Below, one piece after another: positions 8,717-17,697 of a stretch of DNA of 64,000 nucleotides. The stretch spans positions 12,313-76,312 of the forward strand of contig CAWDBH010000005.1 in assembly GCA_963800555.1 (NCBI GenBank), given 5' to 3'. The translations under genes and the position numbers were made by a program. The notes under the pieces are model-generated. The model saw nothing but the letters and a program-made list of their open reading frames with translations, had not been told where the DNA came from and made no database searches. Origin of the DNA: an uncultured Candidatus Micrarchaeota archaeon. Its GTDB lineage: Archaea; Micrarchaeota; Micrarchaeia; Anstonellales; Bilamarchaeaceae. Each line of letters starts with the position of its first letter. Positions within the stretch are counted from its first letter, which is position 1.

Positions 8717-9973
8717 TCATTCATACTTCAGCGCTTCGACCGGAGGTATGGACGCCGCATTCCTCGCCGGGGCTATACCGGCGATTATGCCGATCAGGAC
8801 CGAGAATATTAGACCGGCGGCGACAAGGGTCAGGCTCATGACGCTGGGTATCCCGAGCGAAGCGAGTATGTAGGAAACCACGAAGCTCAAGGCCACCCCG
8901 AGCGCGCCCCCTATGAAGCCGATGGTGGCCGCTTCGCAGAGGAACAGGTAGATTATGTCCTTGTTTTTCGCCCCGATGGATTTGAAGACGCCGATATCCT
9001 TGGTCTGCTCCAGGACGCTCATGAACATGGTGTTCGCGACCCCTATGCCTCCTACCAGGAGGGAGATGGAAGCGATGCCGCCGAGGAATAATGTGAGCGT
9101 GTCGGTTATGCTTGAGATAGTGGACTGCAGCGTGGCAGCTGTCGTAATCGTGAAGTCCTCAGTCGTCGTGGTGACGTGATGGAGGGTTATCAGCTCATTC
9201 TCGATCTCGGATGCGACCGTATCGGTATCATGATCCGGTGAGACGACCACCACGATCTGGCTCGCATCCGTTGTCTGGTTGAACAAGTTCTGCGCCGTCT
9301 TCTGCGGGATGAAGACCGTGCTGTCGGATGTCCCCAGGCCGGATTGCTGGAGTATGCCCACCACGTGGAAGGGCACGCCGTCGATCTTAATCTGCTTGTT
9401 CAGCATGCTGAAATCGTTGAATGTCTCGTTGGCGATGTTGTACCCTATCACAGCGGAGTACTGATCGCTCGAGCTGAGGTAACGGCCGTAGGTCAGATTG
9501 ACTCCGACATCGTCCGCGAACGCACTGGGCTCGGTGCCCACTATGCTCAGCGTGGCGTTGCTCTCCTTGTATTGCACCTCTCCCCGTTTGGAGACACGGG
9601 CGTCGAGCTTATAGACTCCGGGCAGGCCTCTGAGCACATTCGCTTCCTCGAAGGTGAGGGTCGCCTGGCTGGTCTGGACCCCGAATCCTCCGCTGCCTCC
9701 CCCGCCTCCGGTCGTGGCCCTGGCAGGCCCTGCGCCGGCCCCGAACCCGCCGCCCAATCGTGATGACTGCTGGCCTCCGGGGCTTATCGTTATGATGTTT
9801 GTCCCGAGCGTGTTTATCCTGCTGTTGATGGCATCGCTCAAACCGAGGCTTATGCTGATCAAGCTGATGATGGATGCGACACCGATGACGATACCCAAAA
9901 TCGTCAGCCAGCTCCGCAGGTGGCGGTGCTGTATGTTGGTCGCCGCCAGAGCGAAGATGTCCTTCATCTTCAT
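8717..9973 (-). CDS. ABC transporter permease, MacB/FtsX family
   Basis: It has an N-terminal TM, a large extracytoplasmic domain and a C-terminal FtsX-like 3-TM bundle (FKSIGAKNKDI.. motif region). I prefer the start at 9973 because it gives an ATGA overlap with the upstream stop. The track start is 9991. Confidence 0.8.
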   Translation of the reverse strand: MKMKDIFALAATNIQHRHLRSWLTILGIVIGVASIISLISISLGLSDAINSRINTLGTNIITISPGGQQSSRLGGGFGAGAGPARATTGGGGGSGGFGVQTSQATLTFEEANVLRGLPGVYKLDARVSKRGEVQYKESNATLSIVGTEPSAFADDVGVNLTYGRYLSSSDQYSAVIGYNIANETFNDFSMLNKQIKIDGVPFHVVGILQQSGLGTSDSTVFIPQKTAQNLFNQTTDASQIVVVVSPDHDTDTVASEIENELITLHHVTTTTEDFTITTAATLQSTISSITDTLTLFLGGIASISLLVGGIGVANTMFMSVLEQTKDIGVFKSIGAKNKDIIYLFLCEAATIGFIGGALGVALSFVVSYILASLGIPSVMSLTLVAAGLIFSVLIGIIAGIAPARNAASIPPVEALKYE

Positions 9974-11544
9974 TTCTTGCTCGCCTTCCATCTCTTATAA
10001 CCGAAATACGCTACCACTATCACGACCAGCGCTATGCCGATCTCCAGATAGCTGAAGCCGAAGAGATCTCCGGGCCTGCCCCTCGTTGTGGTTCCGGTGG
10101 TTGTCGCTCCATTCGCCCCGTTCAGCCTCGCCGCGTCCATGGGCGAATAGACGGTTATGGGAATCTCCTTGCTCAGATTGTACTGGATGTTGTTCGCATC
10201 CTTGAATTCCACCCTTATCGGCAGGTTGTATTGCCCGGGTGTGAGGTTCTGGGGGACGTTGACCGTCACCTGGAATGTAGCGAAGTCATCCACGTTCAGG
10301 GTCCCGATGAACTGGTCGGTAGCTCCGATTACAGGCATGACAGTCTCCGGCTCCGTGGTGATATATACGCTCCTTATGGCGCTATTTCCCGTGTTCGATA
10401 TCTGGGCGATCACCTTCGCCCCGCTTGTACCGCCGGAGATGAATGATGGTTGTGTCGTCGCAGTCACGATCACGTCCGGAGTGGCTGTCACCGCGATGCC
10501 GATGTCCTCCACATAGCTCCCTCCATTCACCATGATCGACATGGGCAGGTTGTAATATCCCGAGGCTATGCTGGATCCCACACCCAAGGTCACTATCTTG
10601 GTCTCGTTCTGCCCCGGAGGTATGCTGTCGAAATAGATGAGCGTGGAGCCTATCGGTGTGAACTGGCTGGTCTGGTTGATGTCCACTATCGGGGAAGCGC
10701 CGCTGCCTCCGAGATTCTCGAGCGTAAGCGCGAACTGCGCCTCGGAACCGACCTCCACAGGGTTCAGGGATTGCATCGTAACGGCGAACTGGCCCGAAGA
10801 CGCGGACACCGTCACTGGACCCACGTATATTGTCTGATTCACGACGTTCGATAGCTCGTCCTGGTAGCTTACTATGAGCGGTATGGTGGATTTGCCGCTC
10901 GGTGTCAAAGATGAACTAGATAGTACCACCGAGACATTGGTGCTGCCTCCGGATGGCACCGCGCCCACGACCTGCTGCGTGACGCCTTGGATCAGGAATG
11001 TGGAAGTATCCGGGGTCGTTATGGTCACATCGTTCATGACACCTCCGGTGTTCTCGATCACAAGCTGCACCGTCACCGGATCCCCGGCCTGTATGGAAAG
11101 GGGGTCAACGGAAAGGGTTTTGACACTGAGTATCTGGTGCTGTGATATCTGTATCGGGATTGATATCGGACTGTTCTTGATGGCTGTCTTGGATGCATCG
11201 CTGAAATAGACCACGTTGATATCGATATTGAAGAATCCGCTGCTCACATTGGCAGGCACGGTGAACGGGATCGTGGTGGTTGCTGTGGCTCCGGTTCCGA
11301 CATCACCCAAGGCGATTTGGGAATACTGGCTCTCCAACGGAGTCTTGTATTCGACAACCGCCCCGGCCGCCGTATCAGTCCCGGAATTCGTGAGGCTGAT
11401 CTCGAGCTGCGCGACAGTGCCAGGATAGATTGTTCCTGGAAGCGTGGTGTGCCCAGTCAGCTGCAATGCAGCGTTGTTGGTGCAAAAGCCAACAGAGCAC
11501 ATGAGCGCCAAAATCAATATTCCGAACCAAACATTCAACTTCAT
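9970..11544 (-). CDS. secreted repetitive beta-sandwich surface protein with C-terminal TM anchor (COG1361/CARDB-like)
   Basis: It has a signal peptide (MKLNVWFGILILALMCSVGFC), repeated units of about 100 aa rich in T/S/V/N, and a C-terminal hydrophobic helix plus basic tail (IGIALVVIVVAYFGYKRWKASKK). It sits between the ABC ATPase and permease genes. Confidence 0.6.
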   Translation of the reverse strand: MKLNVWFGILILALMCSVGFCTNNAALQLTGHTTLPGTIYPGTVAQLEISLTNSGTDTAAGAVVEYKTPLESQYSQIALGDVGTGATATTTIPFTVPANVSSGFFNIDINVVYFSDASKTAIKNSPISIPIQISQHQILSVKTLSVDPLSIQAGDPVTVQLVIENTGGVMNDVTITTPDTSTFLIQGVTQQVVGAVPSGGSTNVSVVLSSSSLTPSGKSTIPLIVSYQDELSNVVNQTIYVGPVTVSASSGQFAVTMQSLNPVEVGSEAQFALTLENLGGSGASPIVDINQTSQFTPIGSTLIYFDSIPPGQNETKIVTLGVGSSIASGYYNLPMSIMVNGGSYVEDIGIAVTATPDVIVTATTQPSFISGGTSGAKVIAQISNTGNSAIRSVYITTEPETVMPVIGATDQFIGTLNVDDFATFQVTVNVPQNLTPGQYNLPIRVEFKDANNIQYNLSKEIPITVYSPMDAARLNGANGATTTGTTTRGRPGDLFGFSYLEIGIALVVIVVAYFGYKRWKASKK

Positions 11545-11557
11545 CGTGTATCCACCT

Positions 11558-12289
11558 TTATGCTTTGACTTTTAGGTCATCATGGGTCGCGATCTTCGGT
11601 TTTTGGGTGGTCTCCTTCTCGACCTTCCCATCACGGATGTAGATCGTCCGCTCGCTGTACGCAGCGACCACGGGCTCGTGAGTGACTATGACTATGGTGA
11701 TGCCTTTCTCCTTCCACAGGTTGTAGAGGAAATCCATGACGACCTTGCCGGATTTGGAGTCAAGGTTGCCTGTCGGCTCGTCCGCGAGGATCATCTCCGG
11801 GTTGTTCGCGATCGCCCTCGCGATGGCGGCGCGCTGGCGCTCCCCGCCACTCAGCTGGGAAGGGAGGTTGTCCCTCTTCGGAAGCAGCCCGACGACGTTG
11901 AGGCGGTCATCGACAATCTTCGCCCTCGCCTTCTCTTCCATCTCGCATATTATGAGCGGAAGCTCCACATTCCTGAACACAGTGAGCGTGGACGAAAGGT
12001 TGAACGCCTGGAACACGAAGCCGATCTTCTTGTTGCGGTCCTCGGCCAGCTCGTCCCCGCTCATCTTGGAGATCGGCTTTCCGTCCAGATAGACCTCTCC
12101 TGAGGTCGGCACGTCGAGGCATCCGAGCAGGTGCAAGAGGGTGCTCTTTCCGCTCCCCGAAGGGCCCACTATGGATACGAATTCCCCTTTGCGAATCTTC
12201 AGGCTTATGCCACGGAGCGCCTGGAAGACTGTGTGATCGGTACGATAGTCTTTCGTAGCGTTCTCAATGGCGAGTATGAATTCAGACAT
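11558..12289 (-). CDS. ABC transporter ATP-binding protein (MacB/LolD-like)
   Basis: Walker [10 protein letters not shown], signature LSGGERQR and Walker B ILADEPT. The start [10 protein letters not shown] at 12289 is preceded by GAGG. The track start is 12322. Confidence 0.9.
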   Translation of the reverse strand: MSEFILAIENATKDYRTDHTVFQALRGISLKIRKGEFVSIVGPSGSGKSTLLHLLGCLDVPTSGEVYLDGKPISKMSGDELAEDRNKKIGFVFQAFNLSSTLTVFRNVELPLIICEMEEKARAKIVDDRLNVVGLLPKRDNLPSQLSGGERQRAAIARAIANNPEMILADEPTGNLDSKSGKVVMDFLYNLWKEKGITIVIVTHEPVVAAYSERTIYIRDGKVEKETTQKPKIATHDDLKVKA

Positions 12290-12410
12290 GGGGAGCCTCT
12301 CGTTAGATATATTTAGCTGCATTTTTAGCTTTGACTTTTGTAATGTTAATGTAACCTTAAGGTAATTGTATTTAAAAACCTATCCCTGCCTTATTCGTCC
12401 AGGTGAAACG

Positions 12411-12722
12411 ATGGCTTATGAATTAGATCTTGTTCTTCCGATTTTGCGCGTGGTCGCTGCCGTGAGCGTCGCCGCCGCGGTCGTAGTCGCGTATAAACTA
12501 TACTCCGAGACGGACCGGGGCTGGTACTGGCTCTCCCTCCTGCTCTCGGCGTTCTTCATGGCCCTGTCGCAATGGATCGTAATCATCTTCCCGCTGCTGA
12601 GAAGCGCCGAGGCGCTGGGCATATTGCGCGACACAAGCGAGATCGTGGCCACGTTCCTTTTCGCATTATCATGCTATGGCATATATAAGACCATGAAAGA
12701 CATCCGAAAGAGGGTCGAATGA
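12411..12722 (+). CDS. small integral membrane protein
   Basis: About 103 aa with three hydrophobic helices. The ATG at 12411 is preceded by GGTGA. Confidence 0.5.
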   Translation: MAYELDLVLPILRVVAAVSVAAAVVVAYKLYSETDRGWYWLSLLLSAFFMALSQWIVIIFPLLRSAEALGILRDTSEIVATFLFALSCYGIYKTMKDIRKRVE

Positions 12723-13000
12723 AAACCGTACTATTCTACTGGAGCAAGGGAGCGGATACCCGCGTGCGGATACTCAAGGAAATCCGCAAGTGCGCCAAAG
12801 GCAACGAGCCCTGCTACCTCAACACTATCGCCGCCAACATGAAGCTCAGCCATGTGGGCATCAAGAAGCATATAGACATCCTCATAGAAGAGGGCTATAT
12901 CCGGGTCATCAACCCGGGAGGGAAACCCCTTTTCCTCGAGCTGACCGAAAGCGGTAACGAGGTTCTGGACGAATTCGAGGGGAAGAAGAAGGGGAGATGA
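12719..13000 (+). CDS. winged-helix (ArsR/PadR-like) transcriptional regulator
   Basis: 93 aa. RVRILKEI..YLNTIAANMKLSHVGIKKHIDILIEEGYI is a typical wHTH. The ATGA overlap with the upstream gene indicates an operon. Confidence 0.6.
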   Translation: MKTVLFYWSKGADTRVRILKEIRKCAKGNEPCYLNTIAANMKLSHVGIKKHIDILIEEGYIRVINPGGKPLFLELTESGNEVLDEFEGKKKGR

Positions 13001-13669
13001 ATGGCCAAGGAAGAAAAGGATGGAGGCAAATCTGCTGACAAGCCAGGCGAATCGGCCGGATCGAAGCGGTATCTCTACGGTGCATCGATAGTCGTCGCGT
13101 TCATCGGGATATTCGGCCTGCTGATATTCACGTTCATGGTGAACGACGCGCTGGACAGCACGCAGAGCGCACTCACAACCAATATAAACGCGGTCGAGAA
13201 CGATTTGACCGGCCTCCAGGGCGTGGCCGGGGATGCCGAGGACGCTCTGGGCAGCGCCAATGAGACTATCTGGGAACTGCAGGGTTCCATGACCCCGCTC
13301 GCCGACGGATTGGACAGCACCAGCAGCTCCATCAGCTCGATAGCTCAGGCCGCTTCCTCCATACCGATGCTCAGCTCAAGCATGATGGGGGGGTTGAATG
13401 ATGCCGCCTCGTCCATGCAGGACTCGGCCACGAAGCTGCGGCAGGCGATCAGCGGGTTCTCGGCCGTGGAAGGGAACATGTCCGGCATGCAGGACACCGT
13501 CGCCGGGATAAAGGGGGACATCTCCAGCCAGATCACGGATCTTGAGGGCACGAAAACCGCCATAGATAATATCTTCGGCCTTATGGAGATCGCGAACATC
13601 CTGTTCTTCATCGCGGTCATGTGCATGTTCGGCACGTTGATTTTGAACTCGATCGCCGGCCTCATGTAG
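13001..13669 (+). CDS. membrane protein with two terminal TM helices and a helical S/A/T-rich ectodomain
   Basis: TM helices at the N-terminus (IVVAFIGIFGLLIFTFMV) and C-terminus (ILFFIAVMCMFGTLILNSIAGLM). The core is low-complexity and helical. Confidence 0.5.
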   Translation: MAKEEKDGGKSADKPGESAGSKRYLYGASIVVAFIGIFGLLIFTFMVNDALDSTQSALTTNINAVENDLTGLQGVAGDAEDALGSANETIWELQGSMTPLADGLDSTSSSISSIAQAASSIPMLSSSMMGGLNDAASSMQDSATKLRQAISGFSAVEGNMSGMQDTVAGIKGDISSQITDLEGTKTAIDNIFGLMEIANILFFIAVMCMFGTLILNSIAGLM

Positions 13670-13728
13670 TGATTTTTCCAGATTTTTGATACCAACGCAA
13701 TTAAACCGATGCGTTCAAATGATTCTTC

Positions 13729-14025
13729 ATGTACCTCAGGATACACCAGACGCAGGCGGGCAAAGTGGTTGCCGTTTGCGACGAGGATCTCGTGGGGAAG
13801 GTGCTCGACGACGGGAAAGCGTACATGGACCTCGACCGCTACCGCTCGTTCTATGTAGGGGAGAAAGCGGACGCGGATGCCGTCAGGAATGCCCTGCATG
13901 GCTTCGTATCCGCGAACCTCGTGGGAAAAGACGCGGTAGGCTCCGCGATAGGCGCGGGCGTTGCCGGGAAACAGGACATTATGTATATAAATAAGACGCC
14001 ATATATCCAGATTTACAATATTTGA
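13729..14025 (+). CDS. DUF424-family archaeal protein
   Basis: MYLRIHQTQAGKVVAVCDEDLVGK...FYVGEK...ANLVGKDAV matches my memory of the conserved DUF424 pattern. Confidence 0.6.
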   Translation: MYLRIHQTQAGKVVAVCDEDLVGKVLDDGKAYMDLDRYRSFYVGEKADADAVRNALHGFVSANLVGKDAVGSAIGAGVAGKQDIMYINKTPYIQIYNI

Positions 14026-14036
14026 GTGGTGGAACT

Positions 14037-14444
14037 GTGAAAAACCTTTCAATCGTAGCCGATGACAAAGTCGGGCTCCTGGCTGACATATCTTACGTGC
14101 TCGCGAAATCCAAGATAAACATAGAAGCGCTCAGCGTGGACGTCATAGGCGGCAAGGCCATAATCAGCATGACCGTATCCGATGTCATGAAAGGGAAGGA
14201 CGTAGTGCAGGGCGCTGGATACAAGGTCGAGGACCAGAGCACCACGATAGTCAAGTTCATCGAGAAGCCGGGAGAGCTCGAGAGGCTCACCGCCATGCTC
14301 TCAAAAGAGGGCCTGAGCGTCCAGAACGTCAATGTCATAGCCAAAGACGACAAGACCACTGTCTTGGGCATATCCACTGACAAACCGAAGAAGGCCGCGA
14401 TGATCCTGCGCGGATACCTGATAACGAACGATCCGGCCTACTGA
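14037..14444 (+). CDS. ACT-domain protein
   Basis: LSIVADDKVGLLADISYVLAKSKINIEAL is an ACT beta-alpha-beta motif, and a second ACT-like half follows. The GTG at 14037 is preceded by GGTGGA. The track start is a TTG at 14022. Confidence 0.6.
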   Translation: MKNLSIVADDKVGLLADISYVLAKSKINIEALSVDVIGGKAIISMTVSDVMKGKDVVQGAGYKVEDQSTTIVKFIEKPGELERLTAMLSKEGLSVQNVNVIAKDDKTTVLGISTDKPKKAAMILRGYLITNDPAY

Positions 14445-15418
14445 AGGTCCAGTTCCACCGATTTCTCTTTCTTGTCCGCTTTCATCTCACCGAATTTCCC
14501 TTCTTTGGCGAGCGCCAGCACGCTCTCCACTTCCTGGTATTTGTTGTAGATGAGATCGCCGGCCTCTTTGTATTTCTTCTCCTCATCTTTCAATTCGATG
14601 AGGCGCTCCTGCTGCTTCTCTAGGCGGTTAATGAGTTTCTCCAGTTTGGGATTCGGCCGCTCGACGACCGGATAATACGCGTCTGCGGCAGCGCTCAGGG
14701 TCGGGAATTCTCGCATCTCCTGACCTTCATATTTCGAGAGCTGGGTGAGAGAGATGTCAATTACCTTACCCGAATCCACGAACATGCAGGGCTTCGGGTT
14801 ATTCTTTATATTCTCGATCTCATGCTCGAGGCGCGAAATGTCTTCTTTTGAAAGAGAGTTGCCTGCGGCCTTCTCATCTATTTTCGCCCGGTGCAATGCT
14901 TCCACCACGTATTCTTTCCCCATCGGGAGCTTCATGAGCGAGACTATGATGTATCTGTCCGATGGCTCGACTCTTTCTACAGGGACGTTCTTCGGAAGGG
15001 AATACGCGGCTCCGGCTTTGACCTCGCGGTCGGACCAGGATTCGAATCTCGTGGCGCTGACAGTCTTCCCATCCCGCACCAGGATGGCGTTGCCCTCGCC
15101 GAACATCTCGAAAATAAGGCTGCCCTTGTCGAAATTGAATGCCACGATGCGGTCCTTGTTCACCTGCTCCAGCGAGATGAGCCGGGCGTTGTCGAGCTCC
15201 TTTCCGACTTTCTCCACGAACTTGTCTGTCAACTCGCTGGATTCTATTATCATTGTCTGGTGGATGCGGATGCCGAGCTCGCAGAGAATCTCGGTGGTCC
15301 CTATCTTGAGCCGGTAAATATTCTGGCCGATCTTGCGCATGCGGTTGAAATGCTTCCCTACCAAGCCCGAAAGCTCCTTCACCATTGTTGAGTATTCGAG
15401 ATTGTTCATCTTATGCAT
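14438..15418 (-). CDS. NFACT-N (FbpA/Rqc2-like) protein, short form lacking NFACT-R/DUF814
   Basis: The N-terminal pattern (LEYSTMVKELSGLVGKHFNRMRKIG..IYRLKI) and a following coiled coil (EKLINRLEKQQERLIELKDEEKK) are present. The ORF ends after 326 aa. Confidence 0.55.
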   Translation of the reverse strand: MHKMNNLEYSTMVKELSGLVGKHFNRMRKIGQNIYRLKIGTTEILCELGIRIHQTMIIESSELTDKFVEKVGKELDNARLISLEQVNKDRIVAFNFDKGSLIFEMFGEGNAILVRDGKTVSATRFESWSDREVKAGAAYSLPKNVPVERVEPSDRYIIVSLMKLPMGKEYVVEALHRAKIDEKAAGNSLSKEDISRLEHEIENIKNNPKPCMFVDSGKVIDISLTQLSKYEGQEMREFPTLSAAADAYYPVVERPNPKLEKLINRLEKQQERLIELKDEEKKYKEAGDLIYNKYQEVESVLALAKEGKFGEMKADKKEKSVELDLQ

Positions 15419-15472
15419 GGATTAACTATGGCTGGAGAGGTTAAAGATAGTTGACCTTGGCGCACAAGTTCG

Positions 15473-16195
15473 CTATCCCTGCTGCTTATTTTTCATAGGT
15501 GCGCCAAGAGGCACTGGATCGATGACGGGTTTTTTGAATTTCAAATCCTTTAGGAAGGTTGCGTAATCCGATTTCATGCCTGTTTCCGGGAGGATCAAGC
15601 CGCTGAAAGCTGAGATGTCCTTGCTGAAGGAAAGCTCCGCGGGAGGTTTGAAGACACCGCGATCAAATCCAATACGCTGCAGGCCGCCCTTCACATCCAC
15701 CTGATCTCCTTTCCCGTGAACCTGCAAAACAGGGGTCGCTTGTTTAAGCAGCATCATTATTCCAGGAAGATTCCGTTCTATCTCGGCCATCACTTCTCTC
15801 CCTTCAGAAGATTCGTTCATAAGACCTATCGCTCCAACCGGCATGGGCAACTTAAATTCCATTGAGAACATGGTGCCGACCTCGACCGCACCAGCGTTTA
15901 CGAAATCCTCGATGCAATGAGCATTTTGGATGCATCCCTGCAATTTCGCGGAGTCTATGACATCGATGTAGACGTTGATTCCGAATTCGGGGTCTGCTGG
16001 CATGAAACCGCGCCTGAAAATCGCGCTAAGAACGAATGAGTATTCTGGTTGGGGCTCATCATCGGTTTTTGCTTCTGATTGAAGCTTTCTTATTTGAGCG
16101 AGTTTCTCTGTAACCGCTACCTTAGGCAAATATCCGGCGAGAGTAACTGTGATCACACCGGCATCTGTCCTTTTCACGGATAATATCGGGCCCAT
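15473..16195 (-). CDS. hypothetical protein (possibly the C-terminal part of a gene split by an in-frame TAG)
   Basis: 240-aa ORF with no recognisable SD upstream of its ATG. The frame is open upstream to the TAG at 16313-16315. Confidence 0.45.
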   Translation of the reverse strand: MGPILSVKRTDAGVITVTLAGYLPKVAVTEKLAQIRKLQSEAKTDDEPQPEYSFVLSAIFRRGFMPADPEFGINVYIDVIDSAKLQGCIQNAHCIEDFVNAGAVEVGTMFSMEFKLPMPVGAIGLMNESSEGREVMAEIERNLPGIMMLLKQATPVLQVHGKGDQVDVKGGLQRIGFDRGVFKPPAELSFSKDISAFSGLILPETGMKSDYATFLKDLKFKKPVIDPVPLGAPMKNKQQG

Positions 16196-16312
16196 GTCTT
16201 TTTTCAGCTCGCTGCCATCAATCGAATGGAGACTGTTGCTTTCTTTCCCTACCAGCCCGGGGTTCAGACTGCCGTACCATGGGGTCGCATCAATCTGGAT
16301 TGTCCTGCCATC

Positions 16313-16627
16313 CTACGGATTAGTGATCTCGACCCAGTTCTGAAACCTTTCGTCCTGCATCACTATCCTTGGTTTCAGCTCAGGGTTATGAGCTAGTATA
16401 TCAGAGTACATCCTTTCTGCGATGACTCTGCAATCCACATATTTTGTTTCATCGAACATCAAATGAAGCGACCCGTCAAACATCGCAGAAGCTCCGGCGT
16501 ATAAACTGATGCCATTGCATAAAACAGGCCCAAGTCCGACTAAGTGGTCTGGTGTTTTATGCTTATCGAGATAGAATTGGGCCAAGGATTCTGCTGAGTC
16601 GCTTGCCATACTTATATTATGCCCCAA
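16313..16627 (-). CDS. hypothetical protein (possibly the N-terminal part of the same gene)
   Basis: 104-aa ORF in the same frame as 15473..16195. A TATA-like TTTAAAAAG lies upstream. Confidence 0.45.
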   Translation of the reverse strand: MGHNISMASDSAESLAQFYLDKHKTPDHLVGLGPVLCNGISLYAGASAMFDGSLHLMFDETKYVDCRVIAERMYSDILAHNPELKPRIVMQDERFQNWVEITNP

Positions 16628-16742
16628 AGGCTTTTTAAATGTTAATTTTAGTGGTTAATCATGCCAATTACTCATTGATTGAGATACACAAACTCATACC
16701 AAGAAGGAGCAGCATTTTAGCTCTAATCTGATTATCCAATAC

Positions 16743-17696
16743 ATGGACCTGGAGGCAGAGCTGCTCAAAACCATCTCAAAAGAGGAGCTGGAATCGGAAA
16801 TTACAGAAAAAATCAGATCCTTCCAGGGACTGCTCACGCGGGATGTTGCGCTCCGCCTCATCGCAAAGGAGAAAGGATTGCTAAAAGCCGAGGAAGAGAA
16901 AGAGTACGCGCTCGGGCAGATACCGCGCGGTGCGAAGAAAGTAACTTTCAGGGCATCTGTCTCCAGGATATGGCCGGTCGCGGACTATGCTTCAGGAAAG
17001 CGCTCGAGAGTGGTCGAAGTCTCAGCGGATGGAACGACGATGCCGCTGGTCCTCTGGAACCAGGACACCGACCTCGGCAAAGGCATACGGCTGAAAGACG
17101 AGATTGTAGTGAAAGGAGCGTATGAGAGCAACGGCGAGATGCATCTGGGGTATAGCGGGAGGATAGAAGTATCGAAGCATGCTACATTCTCGGAGCTAGA
17201 TAACTTGATCGAAGGCGAGAGAGCGCATGTGCGGGGCTTCGTATCGAAGGTTTCAGGTTACGGAGCTTATCGGAACTCGCGCGCTTTCATGTTCACCCTC
17301 AGCGACGGAAAGGCAGAAACGCAGTGCATCGTATTGGAAGGGCCGGAGCGGGCTGCGAATCTACGCGAAGGGGATGAAATGATACTTGAAGGAGCGCAGG
17401 TCGGCGAAGGGAAATTGCTCGTAGACGATTCATCGCGCATGCACATGCGCAGGACGAAAGAGATGCTTATCGGGGAGATAAAGATGCTCGAATGCGACGG
17501 GGAGAAGCTGATCGCGAAAGTGGGCGACAGGACGCTCAGCCTCGATAGGCAGAACGCGCTGCGGCTCATACAGGTCGATGCAGCGGACGATATCGCGCTC
17601 TCGACGATTGTGAGCCTTAAAAAGCATGCGCTGATAAACACGAAAATAGCATTGAAAGCGCAGGAGAAGGATGGGCAGATAGTGATCGGTGGTTGA
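16743..17696 (+). CDS. OB-fold protein (RPA-like, two OB-type segments)
   Basis: Two segments follow the RPA OB pattern: KVTFRASVSRIW..VVEVSADGTTMPLVLWNQD and AHVRGFVSKVS..FMFTLSDGKAETQCIVLEG. This is a weak, pattern-only call. Confidence 0.4.
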   Translation: MDLEAELLKTISKEELESEITEKIRSFQGLLTRDVALRLIAKEKGLLKAEEEKEYALGQIPRGAKKVTFRASVSRIWPVADYASGKRSRVVEVSADGTTMPLVLWNQDTDLGKGIRLKDEIVVKGAYESNGEMHLGYSGRIEVSKHATFSELDNLIEGERAHVRGFVSKVSGYGAYRNSRAFMFTLSDGKAETQCIVLEGPERAANLREGDEMILEGAQVGEGKLLVDDSSRMHMRRTKEMLIGEIKMLECDGEKLIAKVGDRTLSLDRQNALRLIQVDAADDIALSTIVSLKKHALINTKIALKAQEKDGQIVIGG

Positions 17697-17697
17697 T

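Noticed and set aside
11562-12339. The 12-mer GCTTTGACTTTT repeated at 11562 and 12328 as a regulatory element.
   Set aside because: There are only two copies, and one lies inside the coding sequence (encoding KVKA). That is not enough evidence, so I mention it only under the ABC operon finding.
16313-16315. An in-frame TAG as pyrrolysine or a reassigned codon.
   Set aside because: TAG terminates many well-defined genes here, for example at 7547, 8697, 13669, 37708, 46041, 49225 and 52388, and on the minus strand at 14438, 15473 and 52786. No pyl genes are visible. A nonsense mutation or an error is the simpler explanation.
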